32,000 bases of DNA. It comes from Bellilinea caldifistulae (lineage in GTDB: Bacteria > Chloroflexota > Anaerolineae > Anaerolineales > Anaerolineaceae). This document shows, in pieces, positions 9,435-18,750 of this stretch (its first letter is position 1; each line of letters starts with the position of its first letter). Under the pieces are notes generated by a model. The model worked only from the letters and a program-made list of their open reading frames with translations. It was not told where the DNA came from and did not search any database. The stretch is taken from contig NZ_LGHJ01000023.1 in assembly GCF_001306055.1 (NCBI RefSeq), forward strand, positions 40,283-72,282, given 5' to 3'. Position numbers and translations under genes: made by a program.

Positions 9435-9788
9435 TTAATTGGCGGTTACGCCGGTTTCTACATCTTCAACATGGACGTTAACTCGCCCAACTTCCATGCC
9501 GACCAATTCGGAAACGGCCCGGGCTACCTGTTGCTGAATTGCCCGGCACACCTCGCGAACCTTTACATCACGGTTGAGAATGACATAAAGGTCAATATAG
9601 ACGTGGTCGTTTTCAACAGTAATCTTTATCCCTTCGCTCATTCCGCGGCTGAAAAAACGCTCGACTTCCGAGGGAATGGTTGCCAACCGATTAACACCGG
9701 GTACGCCGAGGGCTGTCAGACGCGCCACGGAAACAAGCACTTCGGGGGCGATGGTGGTTTTGCCGGGTGGGCGGGAATTTTCGGTCAT
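9435..9788 (-). CDS. Asp23/Gls24 family envelope stress protein
   Basis: 117 aa. Family-typical TIAPEVLVSVARLTALGVPGV and VNVHVEDV. GGAGGA Shine-Dalgarno. Confidence 0.85.
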   Translation of the reverse strand: MTENSRPPGKTTIAPEVLVSVARLTALGVPGVNRLATIPSEVERFFSRGMSEGIKITVENDHVYIDLYVILNRDVKVREVCRAIQQQVARAVSELVGMEVGRVNVHVEDVETGVTAN

Positions 9789-9948
9789 TCATCCTCCGCT
9801 AAAATGCTGGATTATTGTTATCGCGCTCATATACAATTATAACCCTTTCCACAAATAATCCATTCAAAATAAATTTTCAATTTCAAATCGGATTGTCAAA
9901 AAGGAATTTTATCGCAAGCAGGATATTTGGCTTCCTGTTTGATCCTCT

Positions 9949-10722
9949 TCAATTCAGCAGGTTCTGGATAAACTCCACAGTCTTGGACTTAACAAAATCT
10001 AATTCGCGGTCCAAAACGACACAATGGCCGCTGTTTTCCAACCAGACCAAGGATTTGTTCCTGGAAGGTAATTTTTCGTACAGCAATCGAGAACCTGAAG
10101 GATTGATCGTGCGGTCTTTTTTGCCTTGAAAAATCAAAACCGGTTGATAAACATGATGAATTTGCCTGAGAACTTCTTTTTGTAATTTTTCTAACTGAGC
10201 CACAGCGGCTAAAGCGACGACGTTATAGCCTTGCCATGGGAGGGTATCGGTTTCGGCTTGATTTTCATCCTCGTCGGGCAGATAATTTTTTGGCATGATT
10301 TTTACAAACGGAGCCAACCATTTTGCCCGCCAGATCCCATTAATTTTGATAGCGGGCGCATAAAGGATAACCCCCTTAAGCGAGCGATGATTGGCAGCCA
10401 GGAGTAGCGAGAGCAATCCGCCCATTGATTCGCCCGCTACAAAAACATTGGGGGTATGACTCAGCTTTTCCAACCCTTTACGAGCCGTTTCGTACCAATC
10501 CTGCCAGCGGATTGAAATCATGTCTTCCGGTCGCGTACCATGTCCGGGCAGAAGGGGACAAAATACCGAGTATCCTTGCGAATTGAGATGTTCGGCGAGG
10601 GGGCGTACTTCTACCGTCGTTGCGGTAAAGCCATGCAACAACAGGACTCCGACCGGCTGCGTGCCTTGAAGAAGGAAGGATGAACCATCCAGGTGAGGAT
10701 TTTCAAAAATGGGTCGCTTCAT
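9949..10722 (-). CDS. Alpha/beta hydrolase, Est30/YvaK-like carboxylesterase
   Basis: 257 aa. LLLHGFT oxyanion region. Nucleophile elbow GESMGG. C-terminal SGH. Confidence 0.8.
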   Translation of the reverse strand: MKRPIFENPHLDGSSFLLQGTQPVGVLLLHGFTATTVEVRPLAEHLNSQGYSVFCPLLPGHGTRPEDMISIRWQDWYETARKGLEKLSHTPNVFVAGESMGGLLSLLLAANHRSLKGVILYAPAIKINGIWRAKWLAPFVKIMPKNYLPDEDENQAETDTLPWQGYNVVALAAVAQLEKLQKEVLRQIHHVYQPVLIFQGKKDRTINPSGSRLLYEKLPSRNKSLVWLENSGHCVVLDRELDFVKSKTVEFIQNLLN

Positions 10723-10730
10723 GGGCTTAG

Positions 10731-11996
10731 TTAACGGCTTTGAAATTTGGGTAGCAGGGCTGTTGCATGGGGTAAAATGACAGCGCTGAACTTTTCCGGC
10801 AGCAGATTCTGGGCAATTTCTATAGCCTGTTCAATGGAATTTGCCGGAGTAATGAAAAACTTACGCACGAGTTCATGAGGCATCTCAGAAACCAGGATGA
10901 GATGATTCCGTTTTACCTGAAGGGCAATTTGATAGGCTTTGTGAGCTCCAATCTGAAAGTCCATTTGCTGAAATTTGAATATGACTTCATCCGGTGTTGT
11001 CATTGGGGCAATGAAATCAAGCGCCTTTTGACTGCCAATTCCTTCGGGGCATGCCGCAGCCAGGATAATCACCCCGCCAGGGCGGGCGAAAAGAGCAGCA
11101 TGGGTGATGGCTTTCTGTGCCTGATATAAATTGATGTCCTTAGGATGACCACCGGGTGAGGCAATCACCAAATCGTAGGGCTGAGAAACGGCGACTTTCC
11201 ATAAATCATCGGATATAGAGATCCCTTTCTCCATAACGGCACGGGGTGTTCCAAACAAAGCAGCCAGAATTTGACGATTGGCGTTAAGGATGACGTTCAG
11301 AGCAAGGTGAATCCCCATCAAACTACCGATTTCTTCCACATCTTGTCGCATGGGGTTGTTGTCATATTCACCCAAAAAGGCAAGTGGGTCATTTAACATG
11401 GCATGATTGTGATTGATGGTTTGGCGGCCAGCCAAACCAATGGCTGCACTCTTGACACCTCCAGAGTAGCCCATGAAATGGTGGGGTTCAATATTTCCTG
11501 TCACGATCCGTAGATCAGCCTGGTGAAAGCGTTTATTGACCCAAACAGGAGTTCCACGCCGCGTATTACCTAAAAAAACCAGGTCTCGCCGGTCATCACA
11601 GTCGTGGGAGAAAATCCGAATTTTCTTCCGGTCTAAAACAATGGCTGGAAGGATGGTTTGGACTTCCTCAATCGTTGCTGGAGTGTGAGTGCCCGTTGCG
11701 ACAAATAATTCAATATGCTCATCCGGAATGCCGTGTTCATTCAGCCAATCCAGTAATGGGGGGAGAATAAAGTTGTATGGCACGGGCCGGGTTTTATCGT
11801 TGATGCTGATGGCAACTCTTTCAGGAAAATTCGGCCATTCAAGCAGAGGATTTCCCAACGGATTTTGCAAAGCCCGTATTACAACAGAAAGAGGCTGCGT
11901 GGCGGGAGGATAATCTTTTGGCTCGTAATGGTCAAAAGAAAAGGCTAAATGGAGGGGTATATTGATCTTCCCAAAGGGAATTTGCGTGAGTGACAT
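10731..11996 (-). CDS. larA: LarA-family nickel-pincer-dependent 2-hydroxyacid racemase/epimerase homologue
   Basis: 421 aa. LarA-like blocks ATGTHTP and GNIEPHHFMGYSGGVKS, which has a Lys at the expected cofactor-tethering position. 8-nt gap to the esterase gene. Confidence 0.8.
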   Translation of the reverse strand: MSLTQIPFGKINIPLHLAFSFDHYEPKDYPPATQPLSVVIRALQNPLGNPLLEWPNFPERVAISINDKTRPVPYNFILPPLLDWLNEHGIPDEHIELFVATGTHTPATIEEVQTILPAIVLDRKKIRIFSHDCDDRRDLVFLGNTRRGTPVWVNKRFHQADLRIVTGNIEPHHFMGYSGGVKSAAIGLAGRQTINHNHAMLNDPLAFLGEYDNNPMRQDVEEIGSLMGIHLALNVILNANRQILAALFGTPRAVMEKGISISDDLWKVAVSQPYDLVIASPGGHPKDINLYQAQKAITHAALFARPGGVIILAAACPEGIGSQKALDFIAPMTTPDEVIFKFQQMDFQIGAHKAYQIALQVKRNHLILVSEMPHELVRKFFITPANSIEQAIEIAQNLLPEKFSAVILPHATALLPKFQSR

Positions 11997-12001
11997 ATTA
12001 A

Positions 12002-12373
12002 TTAGCCAGGAAGAGGGTCATCAAAGCGCTGGATTTCGATTCGATATCCATTTGGATCAAACACAAAGGCCTGATAGATGGCGTATTTCAAATTGTACGT
12101 TGGTGGTTTTTCAACCTGTGCACCAGCTTTGACCAGTTTTTTGAACCACTCATCTACTTCATCGGTTATCAAAGTCAAAATGATGGATTTTGCGGGGGAT
12201 GGTAATTCTGGGCGAGAACAGAAGCCGATCAATCCGGCAGGAGAAACGCGGAAGATTTTACAATCACCCTGATCCCTTACCAGGGGTAGTTCTAAAACAT
12301 TCTGGTAAAAATTAGTGGTGGTTTGAAGATCTTTGGAAGGCAAGAAAGTTATCAACTGTTCAAAAGATTTCAT
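12002..12373 (-). CDS. VOC (glyoxalase/bleomycin-resistance/dioxygenase) family protein
   Basis: The track ORF 12002-12646 overlaps the upstream gene. The ATG at 12371-12373 (MKSFEQLITF..) gives a 123-aa VOC-sized protein with C-terminal FDPNGYRIEI. 5-nt gaps on both sides. Confidence 0.75.
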   Translation of the reverse strand: MKSFEQLITFLPSKDLQTTTNFYQNVLELPLVRDQGDCKIFRVSPAGLIGFCSRPELPSPAKSIILTLITDEVDEWFKKLVKAGAQVEKPPTYNLKYAIYQAFVFDPNGYRIEIQRFDDPLPG

Positions 12374-12378
12374 GACCT

Positions 12379-13494
12379 TTATCCGGTAATACTGATGCCG
12401 ATCAATCTGCCAATACCAAAGGTGATTGCGGCTGCCAGCATTCCAAAAATCACCATTCTGGTACCAGAATACCAGATTGAACGGCCGGTAAATAAAGTGA
12501 TTGCTGCGCCGAGCAAGAACAGGCCAATTACGCTGAATAAAATGCTGAAAAGCAGGGCAGATGTACCGCCAAGAAAGGTGTAAGGGATTACGGGGATTAC
12601 AGCGCCAACCGCAAACAGGATAAATGAGGTTATGGCTGCTTCCCACGCAGAACCGCCCAATTCTTCTGGGTCAATCCCCAATTCTTCACGGGCAAGGGTA
12701 TCTAATGCTCCGTCTTTATTTTGCATAATTTTTAAAGCCATCTGGGTTGCCTGTTCCGATGGTATTCCCCGGGCTTCATAAATTAAAGCCAATTCTTCGG
12801 CTTCCTCTTCGGGTGCCTGTTCAATTTCACCTTCTTCAATTTTGATTTGATTAGCGTAAAGTTCGCGGGAGGATTGAACAGAAAGCCACTCGCCCAGGGC
12901 CATTGAAAAGGCACCAGCTAACAGACCAGCGATTCCGGCTACCAGAATCGAGCGGTTATCCATGGTTGCTCCGGCAACCCCCATGACCAGGCTAAGGTTA
13001 CTGACAAGTCCATCATTTGCGCCTAGTACTGCCGCCCGTAAAGCGTTGCCGCCCGTTGAACGGTGGCGGCCTTCCAATTGGGCTAGAGCGCTACCTTCCA
13101 TACCCCCGCGAACAGTTCTCTTAATTTGGGCTAGAACCAGCGAATGAGTTTGTTCGTCCTTTGCCATTTGCTTATCGGCATCAACTTTAAGATAAGCGGA
13201 GCTGCCATCCTTTTCCATCGCCTGAAGGCTCGGTAGGATCATTTCGGGACCGAACCGTTTGGCCAACCAGATGATCAGGCGAACACGGATGGATGGTTTA
13301 AAGGGAGGTGGTTGAATTCCCTCTGCTTGTAATCTTTCTTCCCAGTTTTTAGCGTGTTTGCGTTCAACCGCTGCCATCTTCTCGTAAACTTTACGGATGC
13401 GTTCATCCTTTTCGATACTGGCGAGCGATTCATATATTGCGGCGCTGCTTAGTTCATCTTGTCGAAATTCAAGAAAGGTTTTGATATCGGTCAT
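12379..13494 (-). CDS. mbfA: Erythrin-VIT1 fusion (MbfA-like membrane-bound ferritin), a putative Fe/Mn exporter
   Basis: 371 aa. N-terminal rubrerythrin-like four-helix region with two ExxH motifs (ERKH, EQTH). C-terminal VIT1/CCC1 membrane domain. GAGGGAG Shine-Dalgarno. Confidence 0.8.
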   Translation of the reverse strand: MTDIKTFLEFRQDELSSAAIYESLASIEKDERIRKVYEKMAAVERKHAKNWEERLQAEGIQPPPFKPSIRVRLIIWLAKRFGPEMILPSLQAMEKDGSSAYLKVDADKQMAKDEQTHSLVLAQIKRTVRGGMEGSALAQLEGRHRSTGGNALRAAVLGANDGLVSNLSLVMGVAGATMDNRSILVAGIAGLLAGAFSMALGEWLSVQSSRELYANQIKIEEGEIEQAPEEEAEELALIYEARGIPSEQATQMALKIMQNKDGALDTLAREELGIDPEELGGSAWEAAITSFILFAVGAVIPVIPYTFLGGTSALLFSILFSVIGLFLLGAAITLFTGRSIWYSGTRMVIFGMLAAAITFGIGRLIGISITG

Positions 13495-13614
13495 AACTCC
13501 CTCGTCTCTAGTCTATTCAATTTTACTCTTTCTTTTCTGGAATCGTGAAAATCGTTCTCGTGATGGGCTTGTGTAATTTCCAATGTCTTGTAAAATATTA
13601 ATATCTTCATTCTG

Positions 13615-13645
13615 AAAAAGGTGATCGGGGATTTATCGCCTTTTT
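13615..13645 (+). promoter_or_regulatory. Terminator-like leader hairpin upstream of the HD-GYP sensor gene
   Basis: AAAAAGGTGAT (13615-13625), loop CGGGGATTT, ATCGCCTTTTT (13635-13645), followed by CTTTC. 34 nt before the ATG at 13679. The GC core is short with one G-U pair, so the stem is weak. Confidence 0.3.
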
Positions 13646-13678
13646 CTTTCGTAATTACTTTTATGATTATTTTTTCAG

Positions 13679-16600
13679 ATGTTTCATCTTCTTAAGGGCT
13701 TACGTTTCAGGCTTACGCTGCTGATTTTACTGGCAATTTTGCCAATGATTTTTGCGGCAGTTTTTTTTGCGTTTAATTGGGGGGTAAATATATATCGAAA
13801 TCTGGAAAATCAAACCGAGTTGCTTGCCAACAGCATTGCCGAGCGGCAGCTGTGGAGCCTGGAAAACGCCCAAATTGTGATGGTGGAATTGGGCACTCGG
13901 ATTGACAGGTGGTTGCCCTTACAGGTTTCAGAATGCAGAAAACTGCTCAATGAATACTTCATTCGTGGGAGTTTTGTCAGCCTGGCAATTTTGGATGATC
14001 ACGGAAAAATCCTTTGTCAGCTGCCTACCACCAATGATGTTGATGATCTTTTTGAGGTAGATGCTGTAGCGCAATCTTTGCAAAACCAATCTTTAAGCAT
14101 TGGAGCGATGCAGGCAGACCCGTTGACGGGGAGAATGATTTTACCATTTGTTATCCCGTTTCAGGATGAAATCAATCATAGCGGTGGTTATATTTATGCA
14201 GGTATTCCTGGCGAATTGATCCAACAGTTAGTCATTCGTTCTGGTATTCCATCTGAAACCGAAACTGTCCTCACTGATTTGAGCGGAAGAATCATTGCAA
14301 TATTTCCTGCAAACCCGAATTTGATTGGGCAAACCGATTCCCTTATACAACAGAAAATTTTCGGTGGTGAACTGGTTGAACAGGGTAAGTTCACGACAAC
14401 AGGAATGGACGGCATAACCCGCTTATATTCTTATCGAGTGCTTACCCTTGAAGGCCAGCCTTTTGGCATTATCCGGAGTGGATTGCCCCTTGAAAACGTC
14501 AACCGCGAGTTTCAAAAATTGCTGTATACCATTGGATTTTTGTTCGTAGCAGTGTTTTTATTGAGTATTTTGCTGGCGTATTTGATTAGTGGAAGGATTT
14601 TGGAACGAAGAAGCGAACCCCTGTTGAATGCCGCAAAAAAGATTGCCCGTGGAGATCTGGCAGTTCGCACTCAGCCGCGGATGAAAGCCACTGCAGATGG
14701 TTTACTGGAATTGGAAAAAACATTCAATCAAATGGCGGAAGCCCTGGAGGAGCGGGAGAAATCACACCGGAAAATTGAAGAAGCGCTGAAGGAATCAAAC
14801 GAAAAACTGGCGGCGATAATCCGCACTTCGCCGTTAGCAATAATTGTCGAGAATATGGAAGGCAGGGTGATCGAATGGAGCCCAGCGGCCACTTCGATTT
14901 TTGGATGGACAGCATCCGAGGTTATTGGGAAAGAAATGCCAGTACTATCGGCGGAGCATGCGTTTCAGTTTCAATCTATTCGAAAACGGGTTTTGGCAGG
15001 CAAAACCATACAAATTCAAGAAATAAAATGTCAGACGAAGGATGGACGAGAGATTCCCGTTGGCCTTTCTGCTGCGTTGTTGAGAAATACGGCGGGAGAA
15101 GCAGCCGGAGTTACTTATCTGATTGCCGATTTGAGCGAGCAGAAGAAGGCGTTAGAAACGGTAAACGAAACCCAGCAAATGCTATCGGTCTTGTTGAGGA
15201 ATTTGCCGGGGATGGCTTATCGTTATTCTTTGAAAGAAAGAAAAATCACCTTTATCAGTTCCGGTTGTGTTGAATTAACTGGCTATTCACCAGAGGAATT
15301 ACTGGATGGAAATTTAATTCAATTTCAAGACCTGATTCACCCTGATGATCGGGGCGAGGTTGCAAAAGTAATTGAAGAGACGGCCGTTGGGGGAAAGCCG
15401 TATCGGGTTATCTATCGCATTCGGACGGCCAATCATCAGACCCGCTGGGTGCTTGAACAGGGCGTTGGTTTAATCAATAATGGCGGGACTATTCACACGG
15501 TTGAGGGATATATCACCGATATTACCGAAGTTAAGAAGAGAGAACAGGAAATGGAGGTGATCGCCTCGATCAGTGCGGTAATGCGTTCCGCCAGAGGAAA
15601 AACTGAAATTTCCAGCATTGTTCTGGATCAAATTGCCCGGCATCTGGATGCTGATGGCGGCGCGCTGGCTTTTCGAGAGCCAACCGGTTTAAGTGTTGTG
15701 GAAATGGCTGTGGGAATCCTCCGCCCGATTCAAGGGTATCGTTACAATCGGGGAGAAGGTCTGATTGGGAAAGTCATTGAAAGCGGTTTACCGGTTTTGG
15801 GAGATGAAATTGGCCTGGATAAAAGTCTGCTGATTGCAGATATAGAAAACCGGGCAAATGCTGTTTTATGTGTCCCTCTACTTGAACGGGAACAGGCAAT
15901 GGGCAGTCTCTTAATCGTTCGAGAGAGTCCATTTTCTCAGGATGATTTAAGGTTGATAACCTCAATTTCGGATATGGTTGCCACAGCGATCCGCCGAATC
16001 ACTTTGTACGAACAGACTGAAAAAAGGCTGCAGCAGCTGGTAGCGCTTCGTACCATTGAAACTGCCATAACATCCAGCCTTGATTTTCGTTTCACACTCA
16101 GTATTTTGTTAGATCAGGTCGTTTCTCAATTAAATGTAGATGCTGCCGATGTTTGGTTATATGATGCGAAAACTCAGCGATTGGTATTTGTGGCAGGATG
16201 GGGTTTTCGGAGTTTGGAAGTCCGAACCAGCCCTGCACCAATCGGATGGGGGCTACCTGGAAAGGTGGCTCAGCAGCGGTCACCGTTATTTGTCCCCAAT
16301 TTTTCCGAATGGGAGGGAGGAAAGGAACATATTATCCCATTAGAAAAAGAAGGTTTAAATTCGTATTATGGAACACCAATTATTGCCAAAGGTCAACTGC
16401 ATGGTGTCTTGGAAGTATTCCAGCGGCACACTTTACGGCTGGATGCTGAAAAACGCGAATTCTTGAATTCCCTCATATCGGGTGCGGCCATTGCGATTGA
16501 CAACGCACGGATGGTTGAGGATTTGCAAAAAACCAACCGGGAGCTGGCCGCAGCCTATGATCAGACTATCCTTGGTTGGTCAATGGCGCTGGAAATGCGC

Positions 16601-17113
16601 GATGCTGAAACCGAAGGTCATACGCGACGCGTGGCTGAGGCAACGGTGAAACTGGCGCGTGAAATGGGGTTGAGCGAAGCGGAACTGGTTAATGTTTGGA
16701 GAGGGGCGGTTTTGCACGATATTGGCAAGATGGCTGTACCCGACACCATTTTGTTAAAAAAGGGCGAACTGACGACTGAGGATTGGAAAATCCTTCGAAA
16801 ACATCCTCTGTATGCTCAATCCATGCTTTCTGGCATTGAGTTTTTGCAGCCTGCGCTGGATATTCCCACCTTCCATCATGAACACTGGGATGGAAATGGG
16901 TATCCGTTGGGATTAAAGGGGGAGCAAATTCCACTACCAGCAAGGATTTTTGCGGTTGTGGACGTTTGGGATGCGCTACGTTTCGATCGCCACTATCGAG
17001 CGCGATGGGAAGAAAAGGATGTGATTGAATATATCACCGGTTTGTCTGGGAAACAGTTCGATCCGCGGGTTGTTGAAGTATTTTTACGAATGTTGAACGA
17101 AGGTAAGTTATAA
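13679..17113 (+). CDS. Membrane sensor with periplasmic Cache-like region, HAMP, 2x PAS, 2x GAF and an HD-GYP c-di-GMP phosphodiesterase domain
   Basis: 1144 aa. Two TM segments flank a roughly 250-aa extracytoplasmic region. HD motif VLHDIGK and HHEHWDGNGYP. Confidence 0.9.
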   Translation: MFHLLKGLRFRLTLLILLAILPMIFAAVFFAFNWGVNIYRNLENQTELLANSIAERQLWSLENAQIVMVELGTRIDRWLPLQVSECRKLLNEYFIRGSFVSLAILDDHGKILCQLPTTNDVDDLFEVDAVAQSLQNQSLSIGAMQADPLTGRMILPFVIPFQDEINHSGGYIYAGIPGELIQQLVIRSGIPSETETVLTDLSGRIIAIFPANPNLIGQTDSLIQQKIFGGELVEQGKFTTTGMDGITRLYSYRVLTLEGQPFGIIRSGLPLENVNREFQKLLYTIGFLFVAVFLLSILLAYLISGRILERRSEPLLNAAKKIARGDLAVRTQPRMKATADGLLELEKTFNQMAEALEEREKSHRKIEEALKESNEKLAAIIRTSPLAIIVENMEGRVIEWSPAATSIFGWTASEVIGKEMPVLSAEHAFQFQSIRKRVLAGKTIQIQEIKCQTKDGREIPVGLSAALLRNTAGEAAGVTYLIADLSEQKKALETVNETQQMLSVLLRNLPGMAYRYSLKERKITFISSGCVELTGYSPEELLDGNLIQFQDLIHPDDRGEVAKVIEETAVGGKPYRVIYRIRTANHQTRWVLEQGVGLINNGGTIHTVEGYITDITEVKKREQEMEVIASISAVMRSARGKTEISSIVLDQIARHLDADGGALAFREPTGLSVVEMAVGILRPIQGYRYNRGEGLIGKVIESGLPVLGDEIGLDKSLLIADIENRANAVLCVPLLEREQAMGSLLIVRESPFSQDDLRLITSISDMVATAIRRITLYEQTEKRLQQLVALRTIETAITSSLDFRFTLSILLDQVVSQLNVDAADVWLYDAKTQRLVFVAGWGFRSLEVRTSPAPIGWGLPGKVAQQRSPLFVPNFSEWEGGKEHIIPLEKEGLNSYYGTPIIAKGQLHGVLEVFQRHTLRLDAEKREFLNSLISGAAIAIDNARMVEDLQKTNRELAAAYDQTILGWSMALEMRDAETEGHTRRVAEATVKLAREMGLSEAELVNVWRGAVLHDIGKMAVPDTILLKKGELTTEDWKILRKHPLYAQSMLSGIEFLQPALDIPTFHHEHWDGNGYPLGLKGEQIPLPARIFAVVDVWDALRFDRHYRARWEEKDVIEYITGLSGKQFDPRVVEVFLRMLNEGKL

Positions 17114-17123
17114 TCTCCTTGCG

Positions 17124-18170
17124 ATGGATTTTGATTTTTTAATTTCGAACAATCATCTGGATAACTGGTTACTTGCTTTTGGAGCCTTACTGGCTTCTTT
17201 TGTCTTTTTCGAACTACTGAGGAGAATCCTTGGTTCAGTTTTCAAAAGAAAATCAGAATTTTCCAGGTTTCAAAGTTTCTCCGTAGTCTATCGAATCATC
17301 CAAAAAATAAAAGGATGGTTTTTGTTGTGGCTGAGTATTTACATTGGAAGTTTATTTATAGACTTAAATGAGCCCCTCCAATCTGTCCGTTCGATCATCA
17401 CGATTACCGTTGGATTATTGCAAGTGGGTTTTTGGACCCTCGGTTTAATTGATTATTGGGTTGAACAAAAATCTGTGCGTGAGGATGTGGGGGGTGATCA
17501 AAAAACGACCCTGAATGTTTTAGGGATTATCCTGAAAATTGCGGTTTGGATTTTTGTCTTTTTAATTATTCTGGATAACCTTCCCGGTGTCGAAATAACG
17601 ACTCTCATCACCGGTTTGGGTATTGGCGGTATTGCGGTTGGTTTAGCCGTTCAAAACATTCTTAGTGATTTATTCAGTTCAGTTTCAATTGCCCTGGACA
17701 AGCCTTTTGTGATCGGCGATACGATCAAAACCGGGGATTATATCGGGACGGTTGAAAGTATAGGCCTGAAAAGCACTCGTTTGAGAAGCATCAGTGGCGA
17801 ACAATTGATTTTTTCGAATTCGGATCTGCTTTCCAGCCGGATTCAGAATTTTAAGCGCATGGACCGCAGAAGGGTTTTATTTACTCTGGGTGTTACTTAC
17901 GAAACCTCTTTGGAAAAACTTGAAAAAATTCCCCAGATTCTGGAAGAAATCATTTCGTCCAAAAACGATGTTGCATTTGAAAGAGCGCATTTTAAAGAGT
18001 ACGGAGCATTTTCGCTGAATTTTGAAATAGTCTATTTTGTTGAAACCAGTGATTACCGGTACTTTATGGATATACAGCAAGAAATCAATCTGGAAATTTT
18101 TCGAAGATTTTCTGAGATGGGAATCGAGTTTGCTTATCCAACGCAGGTGGTTTACACTCGCAAAAATTGA
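17124..18170 (+). CDS. Mechanosensitive ion channel, MscS family
   Basis: 348 aa. TM helices followed by the MscS beta-domain signature (PFVIGDTIKTGDYIGTVESIGLKSTRLRS). 10 nt after the sensor stop. Confidence 0.85.
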   Translation: MDFDFLISNNHLDNWLLAFGALLASFVFFELLRRILGSVFKRKSEFSRFQSFSVVYRIIQKIKGWFLLWLSIYIGSLFIDLNEPLQSVRSIITITVGLLQVGFWTLGLIDYWVEQKSVREDVGGDQKTTLNVLGIILKIAVWIFVFLIILDNLPGVEITTLITGLGIGGIAVGLAVQNILSDLFSSVSIALDKPFVIGDTIKTGDYIGTVESIGLKSTRLRSISGEQLIFSNSDLLSSRIQNFKRMDRRRVLFTLGVTYETSLEKLEKIPQILEEIISSKNDVAFERAHFKEYGAFSLNFEIVYFVETSDYRYFMDIQQEINLEIFRRFSEMGIEFAYPTQVVYTRKN

Positions 18171-18182
18171 AACAAAACAAAA

Positions 18183-18668
18183 TCAGTGTTCGCGAATCTG
18201 GTCAATTACCATCCGGTAGAATTCCTCCTGAAAGGGAACCGGTCCGCTGCCGATTACCTCGCGGACTTTTCTGCGGGTCCATTCCACTAAACGTGTTCCG
18301 GTAGGGTTTTCTGGCGGACTGTATTTCTCAAGGTTGAAGATTTTGGTTGTGTCGGCAACGAGCAGAATGCGCCGGTCGGGACGATAAATTAAAGCTGAAA
18401 AATAGGACTCACCATCACGGTTGGGTTCTGGCAGCAAAATCATGGTTATCAGAACTCGGCTGGCAGGTTCACGAAAATAATAATTCAATCCAAAAGAGTC
18501 GCGTTTCAATTCGGGTGGGCATTTTTCACCGGCCAGCTTCCAGTAGAAGGACAAAAATTTATTCCCGTCACGGTATAAGAGTTGTAAAAATTGTCCGGGT
18601 GAACTGTGGAATAATGAGGGGATGACCTCATCAGCGAATATTTGAGATTGGGTTTTTTCCGTGCTCAT
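18183..18668 (-). CDS. Hypothetical protein (161 aa from the ATG)
   Basis: The track ORF begins at TTG 18683. The first ATG is at 18666-18668 (MSTEKTQ). No motif recognised. Same strand as the amine oxidase gene and 82 nt downstream of it. Confidence 0.55.
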   Translation of the reverse strand: MSTEKTQSQIFADEVIPSLFHSSPGQFLQLLYRDGNKFLSFYWKLAGEKCPPELKRDSFGLNYYFREPASRVLITMILLPEPNRDGESYFSALIYRPDRRILLVADTTKIFNLEKYSPPENPTGTRLVEWTRRKVREVIGSGPVPFQEEFYRMVIDQIREH

Positions 18669-18750
18669 TCCGTATATCACCAAATATACAATAACCTATT
18701 TTTGCCCGGATTTTAAGGGATTGTCTAATGCGAAAGAATAAGCAGATCCA

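Noticed and set aside
9901-9948. Possible terminator after the esterase gene (AGCAGGA..TCCTGTT)
   Set aside because: The stem is only 6 of 7 bp and imperfect, with a poor U-tract on the minus strand. It is too weak to call.
12374-12646. N-terminal 91-codon extension of the VOC ORF (track 12002-12646)
   Set aside because: It overlaps the C-terminal membrane domain of the mbfA-like gene in another frame. The ATG at 12373 gives a normal-sized VOC protein 5 nt after the upstream stop.
13563-13601. 12-codon mini-ORF (MGLCNFQCLVKY) ahead of the leader hairpin, considered as a leader peptide for attenuation
   Set aside because: It has no Shine-Dalgarno sequence. It starts upstream of the best promoter candidate. 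Its codon content does not suggest a regulatory amino acid.
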